64,000 bases of DNA from Octopus sinensis. Its lineage: Eukaryota. The stretch lies in the NCBI RefSeq assembly GCF_006345805.1, contig NC_043008.1:19034001-19098000 (forward strand). Reading direction: 5' to 3'. Position 1 is the first letter of the stretch, and every line of letters starts with the position of its first letter. The translations under genes and the position numbers were made by a program. Under the pieces are notes generated by a model that was not told the origin of the DNA, ran no database searches, and saw only the letters and a program-made list of their open reading frames with translations. Shown in pieces: positions 52,201-61,800 of the stretch.

Positions 52201-52419
52201 CTAATAACCCAGATTCAACACTCTACCCAAAATATATATTGACTGATTCACAACTAATATATTCAGAAATAAACCCCAAATTCCTGGCATGAGGAGTTAT
52301 TGTTGACATATTTTATATTTACCATTATTATTGTTGTCATCATCATCATTATTATCATTATTGTTATTATTCTGTTGTTATTGTAATTGTTACTGTCGCT
52401 ATTATTATTATTATTATTA

Positions 52420-52468
<49 letters not shown>

Positions 52469-52490
52469 GACTTGAATATATTTGTTCTTA

Positions 52491-52534
<44 letters not shown>

Positions 52535-52597
52535 TACATATATATATATTGATATATATATACACATATATATACATATATATATACATATATATAC

Positions 52598-52666
<69 letters not shown>

Positions 52667-52748
52667 ATATATATATACACACACATACATATATATATAT
52701 TGATATATATATACACATATATATACATATATATATACATATATATAC

Positions 52749-52847
<99 letters not shown>

Positions 52848-52872
52848 TACATATATATATATATGTACACAC

Positions 52873-52920
<48 letters not shown>

Positions 52921-55597
52921 TTTAAAATCTAATTAAGGTTCGTTATCTATATTCTAATTTTGCAGAGTTCATGTTATTTTATAAATTCCATTGTTCTTGC
53001 GTGTATGTACGCACGCGCGCACATGTGTGTGTGCGTGTGTCTTATTTTATTCTTTCACTTGTTTCAAACATAGGACTACTGTGGCCATGCTGGGGCACCA
53101 AAATTGTAATATTTAGTTGATCATATTTAATGCCATACTTGTTTTGAAGTCCTGCTGCTCATTTTATTAAATTCTTTTTATTTTGTCAAAGCACTTAGTC
53201 ACAGTAGACTGGTCACGAAGTGGCATAAACATGAACACAGAGAGAGACATACTCCCATACACGCACACACACAAACACAAACATATATATATTCATACAT
53301 CATCATCATCGTCATCATCATTTAATATATGTTTTCCATGCTGACATGGGTTGGGTGGTTTGACTGGAGCTGGCAAGGCTAGGATCTGCACAGGGTTCCA
53401 CAATCTGTTTTGGACTGGTTTCTACAGCTGCATGCCCTTCCTAACACCAACCACTTTACAGAGTGCACTGGATGCTTTTTTATGTGGCACCATCATCAGT
53501 GCTTTTTATGTGGCACCATCATCCGTGCTTTTTAGGTGGCACCCTCACCAGTCCTTCTTATATGGCACCCTCACCAGTGCTTCTTATGTGGCAATAAATT
53601 AAGTCAAGGTCAATCTTTGCCAAGTGGCTTCACTCTGCATGCTTTAGCTTTGTTACTATGGCAACAGTTCGAATACTTATTGATCAGACCTCGTATGTGA
53701 GTATATATATGATCAACCAGACTATCATATGGTAATCCATTTACAGCTGAGTGGACTGGAGCAACATGAAGTGAAGTGTCTTGCTCAAGAACACAATGTG
53801 CTGCTCAATCTGGGAATCAAACCCGTGATCTAGAGATCACAAGTGCAACACCTAACCATTGGGCCATGTGCCTTCATGAATGTATGCAAATTTCACTAAT
53901 TTGTTTAATTCCAACCAGTTCAGTCACAACTGAAGTAATTTATTGTTTTGGTTTCAATATTTATTTCCAAACTTTCAAATATATTCAAATATGTTTCTTA
54001 CCGATTCAGGATTTTTGATGAAAACTTTGGTTTTTCCCAACTGAAATTGGTCTGGCGATATATTCACAGAATCCATCAGATGTTTGATGCCTCGAAGCAT
54101 ATCTCCTCTCCATTGAGGCCAAGTTTCAGGTGTGAGGATGGCGTATCTGTTATCAAAAGAAAGCATCGTTAAGAACGGTAAGATGAGAGGGTGAAAAATA
54201 AAATCTGACCATACCTACAGATTCTTAGATTATCATCTATATTATCATCATCATCATCATCATCATCAACACCAGCATCATCATCATCACCATCATTACT
54301 ATCATCATCCTTATTATCCAGCACTATCATCATTGTCATCATCCCAATTATCACATTGATCATTGTCATCACCATCATTATTATCAACATCATCATCATT
54401 GTCATCGTTGTCATCATCATCATCATGTTCATCACCATCGCTTTCACTACCGTCATCGTCATGGTCATTATCGTTATCACTACCCCCACCACCACCACCA
54501 CCTTCATCATCGATGTTGTCGCTGTCGTCGTCATCACCACCGTCATCGTTGTCATCATGTTCATCACCATCATTTTCATTACCATTGTCCTCATCGTTAT
54601 CATCATTACTACCACCACCATCAACATCATCGTCATCATCATCATTGTCATTGTCGTTATCGTCATCATGATTATTACTACCACCACCATCAACATCATC
54701 GTCATCATCGTCATCGTCATCGTCGTCGTCATCATGATTATTACTACCATCACCAACATCACCGTCATCATCATCATCATCATCGTCATTGTCGTCATGT
54801 ATATCATCATAATCATTATAGTCTTCATTAAAATCAACAACATCATCATCATCATTGGCACCATCATTAACAGCACTATCATCATTGTTATAGCCAGGTC
54901 ATCATCATGATCATCATCATCATCATCATCATCACCATTACCACCAAGATTTTTAACAGGATTACCAAAATGTCAGTGAGTTGAAGATGACTCAGAGGAT
55001 AACCATTCATCTTGAAGAGTAATTGAAGAGTAAATGATGCGATTACCATTTTTCCACTAGGATTATCTTCTTTTTGATTAGCCTAAATATCAGGATTGTA
55101 CCCATGACTTTTTGATGGATCTCTGAGAGTGGTGTGATTGATGCTCCTAACCTTTTCTCTGCCTCTATTTTACTCAGAACGAATGGAACAAGAGCTAAGT
55201 TAAAGACTGGAAAAAAACATGGACATTTAGGGACAAACTTGTGAAAATGCTTCAATCGGGCAAAGAGTTTAATGTTCCTCTTGATCTGGTTGCAAAAACT
55301 TTAGATTGTCTCAAAACTTATTAGACAAGAGCTAACTAAAATGTCTAAAAAGCAATGTTAATAATTCTGCCAGATCGCTGCCTTGGACAGGCAAAAAATT
55401 GATGTTGCTCTTGAATGAATTGCAAAAGCTTTATAATATTCCAAAACATGTAGGTTGAAAGGAAACAACAAAAAAAAAATATTCCAGAATGTCTCTCGTA
55501 ATCTTAATCCCTACAACATGAAGCTGCAGTTTTCGAAGATCTCCCAAAAATCCAATTCGTTGCAAAATATTACAGTTCAATTAAATTATTCAAAGAC

Positions 55598-55633
<36 letters not shown>

Positions 55634-57584
55634 GTTACAATAAAACTCACGATTCTTGTTAAATACATCTACCCAGAGTTTCCGGCTTAAAACAATAATT
55701 CATTTCACCATTTTTCAAACGAACAGAAAAACTGCTTGGGGAGTTGTATTCATCAAGAATTCCAACTATTATCTTTACTCTTAGCTGTTCCAGTACCGTT
55801 CTACTTGTAGAACGTAATTAAATATGTATATATATATATATATATATATATGTATGAAGCTGAAGTTGTTTGTGTATGGCAGGTTTGATACCCTTCAACT
55901 AACACTATCTCCTCAAAGACCCTGTGGTGCAAATTGACCAAAATTGAGAGTATGATAGAATAAGGCTTGCTCTTCCTTCCATAGAAGAAAAAATTCAAAT
56001 TGGACCATGTTAACACCAAAAATTATTTATATCAAAAAGGAGCTTTTTTTCTATGAAAATTACCATTTTTTACGATTTTTTTACTGTTGTGTCGCCATTT
56101 TTCAGTGTATTTCAACCAGAAAAATGTTCCCTTAAAGAGAATAACAAGCTACATAATGCAGAACTTTTACTTTTCCAATTCTAAAGGGTCAAAACAAACC
56201 CGAGCAACGCCGGGCGATACTGCTAGTATATATATATATATATATATACATATGGATTCAAGTAATCCAGTCGCACTCATAAAAAAGCTTCTTCATTTGT
56301 CATAGCATAAACCATATAGAGTATATAGTAATATACATGTATGTTCTTTACCTGTTCATAAATTTGAGAAATTCTCTTCGGTAAGCAAACCCAGCACGTC
56401 GGACTCTGATATTCTCCTTAAGACCTAAGTATTCTATTTGGTGAACAACACTGAAAATAGAAAGGATATAAGGATATAATGTAGACACATCAATAAACAA
56501 TAGTTTGACTCTTCATCAATACATACATACACTGCGCCACTGCCATCACCACCACCGCCCCGTGGTCAACATTATTTCAACATCTTTTTTTCCATTCTTA
56601 CATGGGTCAGATAGAATTCATTGAGGTAGATTTTCTATGGCTGGATGCTTTTCCTGTTGCCAACACTCACCTGTTTTCAAGCATGGTAATACTTCCTCAT
56701 GGCTTGACATGTTTTCATGGAAGACTGGAAATGAATGACACCACTTGCATGACAGTGGCACTCATTTACAACTATTATGCGGACATACATTCCAGACTGC
56801 ATTTAAATTGCTTGTCCTTTTGATGACCAAATCTTCGCTAATCCAATATTTGTGGTTTTTATAGTCAGCACTTGATTTAGTGTTCACTTTCTATCTAATA
56901 TGCTGCAAGTACATATATATATACACACACACATATATATGTTCTTTTGTTCCCCCTCTCTCACATTTCCTTGCTTTCTCTTCTTGCTCACTTTCCCTCC
57001 TCTTTTCACTTCATTGTGTCCCTGTCGTTTTTCTCGCCCCTCCTTAATTCTTCTGTCCCTCTGCCTCTACCTCCCTCTCTTCTCTCCCTACGTGACCAGT
57101 GTTCAGCCAAGCCTGACCTTTCTTTCTTGGTTTGCCCACTGTCCGTGCAACATATATATTCTTCCCTGTGCCTGTGAAATCTTGTATCCCTGCTGTAAGG
57201 CTTTATTTCCACACATGCCAACTTAATTTAATTCATCCATAGTCAAAAGACACCTGTTGTTATGTCCTGTTATTTGTATTTGTGTAACATTCTCCATTTT
57301 TTTCCATCCTTGTTTTCGTATACATTTGCTGCTTTTTTCCAAGGAATCTAATGCACTAAGCTTAGTTTTTCCTTGGGGCTAGCCAGATTGGAGCAATCTC
57401 AAATTTAACCAGCTGAAATTGCAAAGGTAATCTAGAACTCGACTGAGGAAAGAAAACTCCGAATGACCTGTACTTGTTTTCTTTGTATCGTCTATCTGGA
57501 GGTTTTGTTGTCCCTTTTTTGTATCACCTAACTATCTGGATGTTTTGCATTCTTGTCCTATTTTGTATATATATATATATAAAG

Positions 57585-57627
<43 letters not shown>

Positions 57628-60600
57628 ATTTTACTTTCTTCATAAAAATGGAAGGCCACACTAGATAATAAAGTCTTGAATATATAAATAAATGAAATGG
57701 TCAAGATGGAAAAACCTTTAAGCAAAGACTTGCTTGATTCTAAGCTGACCAACAACCAAACAACAACATATAATCATAAGAATGGTCACTAAAATTTTAA
57801 CTTACCGATTCTCTTCCCAGTCAAAAGGTTTTTTTGTTTCATTTGGTTTGATGCATCGAATATAGTGAGGTGTACACTGCATTAACTTCTCTACCAATAA
57901 ATTAGCCTGAGTCTGAAAATTTAAGAAGAGTACATGAATATAAATTGTGAGAACTCAATCAGTCATTGTCATGTGAAATAATATATGAATACCTCTATAT
58001 CAGAGGTGGAGGCACGTGGCTTAGTGGTTAGGGTGTTAGCATTATGATCCTAAGATTGTGGTTTCGATTCCTGGACTGGGCAACGAGTTGTGTTCTTGAG
58101 CAAAATACTTCATTTCACGTTGCTCCAGTCCACTCAGCTGGCAAAAATGAGTAATGCTGCGATGGACTGGCGTCCCATCCAGCTGGGGAACACATACACC
58201 ATAGAAATCGGGAAACTGGGCCCATGAGTCTGGCTAGGCTTTAAAAGGGGCATATTTTTTATTTTTTATTCACCAGAGCTGCGATAGGAAGTGTGGGGCT
58301 CAATTAAGGAATTATCAGTGGGGCCCTCTTACTCAACAAAAACTGAAGATTGATGCTTTCTGCTTCGTGTTATATGCCAGTCCTTGCCAAAAAGCATTGA
58401 GGGCTTGAGGCTCCACCAATGTTTTTTTAATTCTCATATCTCTAAAAAAAATAAAACAATAAAAAACCCCAAGATGGACAAATTCAATAATGTAATTATA
58501 GAAATTCTACAATTGGGAAAAGAGGACCAAAAGCTTGTGGCTGATTTATCTTTGATCAGGGAGTAAGTCAGTTCATTTAAGGCTGACTTGGGATAAAACA
58601 ATAATAACATCAGAATTTAAATAAAAAATTACTTTAAAAAATAGAAAAAAATATATCATTATATTTTGGGATGGTCATTGTTTTTTCTTTCTTGCCAAAT
58701 AAACACATGTACTATATATTCATTGTTCACTTGTTGATTGTTGTTCTAATTTTATGTCCATTGTCTGGATGGACTAGACAGAACAAGATGAAATATGTGG
58801 GATGGAGAGTCACTGAAGAGGTCACAGGTGTGTGACAACGAAAGATTTCCAGACAATGGGCATAAAAGAACAATAATAAACAAGTGAAGAACGAATATAT
58901 AGAGTGTGTGTTCATTTGGCTAGGAAGCAAAAAAATGACCATCTTGAAGCATAACAACGCCTGTTTCAATACATGATTTCACATCAAGAATCCTGCAAAA
59001 CAAATTCATAAATAGATACAAAAGATATAATAATATACAAAAGAAAAAACAAATAAACAAATGAACAAACCTTAATTTTTCCCCCAGCAGTTGTAGGGCG
59101 CCCTTTCTTGGCATCCTTGAGATTCTCTGGAAATAATTTACGGATGAATTCACTGAAAAGAAATATTAAAAGATGGTAATATAACTCAAGGCAATGCCCC
59201 AGCATGGTCACAGTGCACTGACTGAAAGAAGTAAAAGATACGAGATAAAAGGTCGGTGGCTTGGCAGAGTTGGCAAGTTGGGTCGGAATGGATGAATAAT
59301 ATTTTTATGTAATGAAATAAGGAATAGAAGAAAGAGTTGCTCTTCAGAAATGTGCCTCTTTGGGACTAGCACTTTCCTTAAAGCCAGCCATAATATAATC
59401 AAAGAGTTAGTTCATCTGTTAATATAGTTGAAGAAATAATAACCTGGAATCTAAACCGCCATCTCTACAGAACTGCTTCTACACACTCAGAGAGATCCAA
59501 AATGGGATCCAAATCAAGGTTAAGTCATTGACATGAAGAGGCTCATAAACATATTGTCTCCTCTCTCTCTGTTTTTTTTTATCTACTGTTATTATAATCA
59601 AGATGAGACAATTAGGTGCAGCTGTTTGGCTGTAGATGGTTTGGTATGGCTGACTGAACATGCAGGTGACAGTGCGTTTTGTCTCTAGAGGCAGACACAT
59701 GCGCAGACACACACACACATATTCATGTACAGATAAAGAGAATGAGAGAGAGAAACATATAGATATAGATATAGATATATACATGTATATATATATATAT
59801 ACATATAAAAAGCAGCATCCGATCGTGGCCATTGCCAGCCTCACCTAGCCTCCGTGCCGGTGGCACGTAAAAAGTACCATCCGATCATGACCGTTTGCCA
59901 ACCTCGCCTGGAACCTGTGTCGGTGGCACATAAAAAGCACCCACTACACTCATGGAGTGGTTGGCATTAGGAAGGGCATCCAGCCATAGAAACAGTGCCA
60001 GATCAGACTGGGCCTGGTGCAGCCTTCTGGCTTCCCAGACCCCAGTTGAACCGTCCAACCCATGCTAGCATGGAAAACGGATGTTAAACGATGATGATGA
60101 TCATGATCATGATGATGATATATATATATCCACATATATATACATATAGAAATATCTATATATACATATAGAAATATAAATACACACACACACACACACA
60201 CATCTATAGAAGACACTTGCCCAAGTTGTCACACATTAGGACTGAAACCATATAGTTGGGAAGCAAGCTTCTTTACCACACAGCAACACCTGCAACCCTA
60301 ATTCACATTGTTTTCAATTAATCATGCTTTGTCTCACAGCTTCAAGATTTCAACTCAATGATGAGATTGTATAGTTTTTCAGAATGACATTGTAGGATAG
60401 GTGCAAGAGACCAGATCTGACCAGTTTCAACATAAAACAGGCAGACTATTTTGGCCAGATTTGGCCAGTTTAAATGCTTAGGACAAGACTTACCATTCGC
60501 TGGTCTGCATCATTTCAATTAAATCTTGGAACAAAACATCTCGGTTTTTATCACAGAAATTATCTACGGAATAATCTACCTGCAAAAAAGAAAATAATTG

Positions 60601-60721
60601 AATGTTTATGTGTGAAGTAAGCATGTTTATTAAATGTACAATTATGTTCGAATTTTACCTTTTTTTTATTTTTGTATTTTTCATACTTTAAGAGTTGGTT
60701 TAGAATAGTAGAGTTCCTAAA

Positions 60722-60769
<48 letters not shown>

Positions 60770-60801
60770 TCATTATCATCATCATCATTTAACGTCCGTT
60801 T

Positions 60802-60833
<32 letters not shown>

Positions 60834-61762
60834 ACAAAGTGTATGTACACCACTTTTAGACTTTTATTCTTTTACTTGTTTCAGTCATTTGACTGCGGCC
60901 ATGCTGGAGCACCGCCTTTAGTCGAGCAAATCGACCCCAGGACTTATTCTTTGTAAGCCCAGTACTTATTCAATCGGTCTCTTTTGCCGAACCGCTAAGT
61001 TACGGGGACATAAACACACCAGCATCGGTTGTCAAGCAATGCTAGGGGGACAAACATAGACACACAAACACACACGCACACATATATATATATACATATA
61101 TACGATGGGCTTCTTTCAGTTTCCGTCTACCAAATCCACTCACAAGGCTTTGGTCGGCCCGAGGCTATAGTAGAAGACACCTGCCCAAGGTGCCACACAG
61201 TGGGACTGAACCCAGAACCATGTGGTTGGTAAGCAAGCTAATTACCACACAGCCACTCCTGCGCATATATATATATAAAATAAAATACAAAATGGGACAA
61301 GAACGCAAAACATCCAGACAACTAGGGGTGATACAAAAGGGGACAACAAAACATCCAGATAGACGATACAAAAAAACATGGATGGGTCATTCGAAGCCTT
61401 TGAGCCGAAATTGCGAGGATGATCCGGTTCTTGACCGAAGATACTATCTTTCATTTTTTATTTGCTTCAGTCACTGGACTGTGGCCATGTTGGGGCACTG
61501 TCTGGAAGGGTTTTAGCTGGACAATTCTCTCCCAGTACTCATTCTTTTATTCTTTTATTCTTATACTTGTTTCAATCATTTGTCTGTGGCCATGCTGGAG
61601 CACCACCTTTAGTCGAACAAATCGACCCCAGGACTTATTCTTTGTAAGCCTAGTACTTACTCTATCGGTCTCTTTTCTCTGCTAAGTTACAGGGACATAA
61701 ATACACCAACATCAGTCGTCAAGCAATGGTAGGGGGACAAACACAGACACACTCACAAACAT

Positions 61763-61800
<38 letters not shown>

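Noticed and set aside
51960-52260. G-poor C/A-skewed stretch as a NUMT or coding fragment
   Set aside because: No recognisable mitochondrial gene motif, and stops in the best frame; treated as low-complexity sequence pending BLAST.
54169-54910. Poly-Met/Ile/Ser/Asp ORFs (also 30.8-31.5, 45.0-45.7 and 46.2 kb)
   Set aside because: Frames of (CAT/GAT)n arrays; not protein-coding.
57443-57475. CTGAGGAAAGAAAACTCCGAATGACC in family F (also about 25270-25300) as a hammerhead
   Set aside because: GAAA is incomplete and no stem I or III is evident; cannot be supported without a family consensus.
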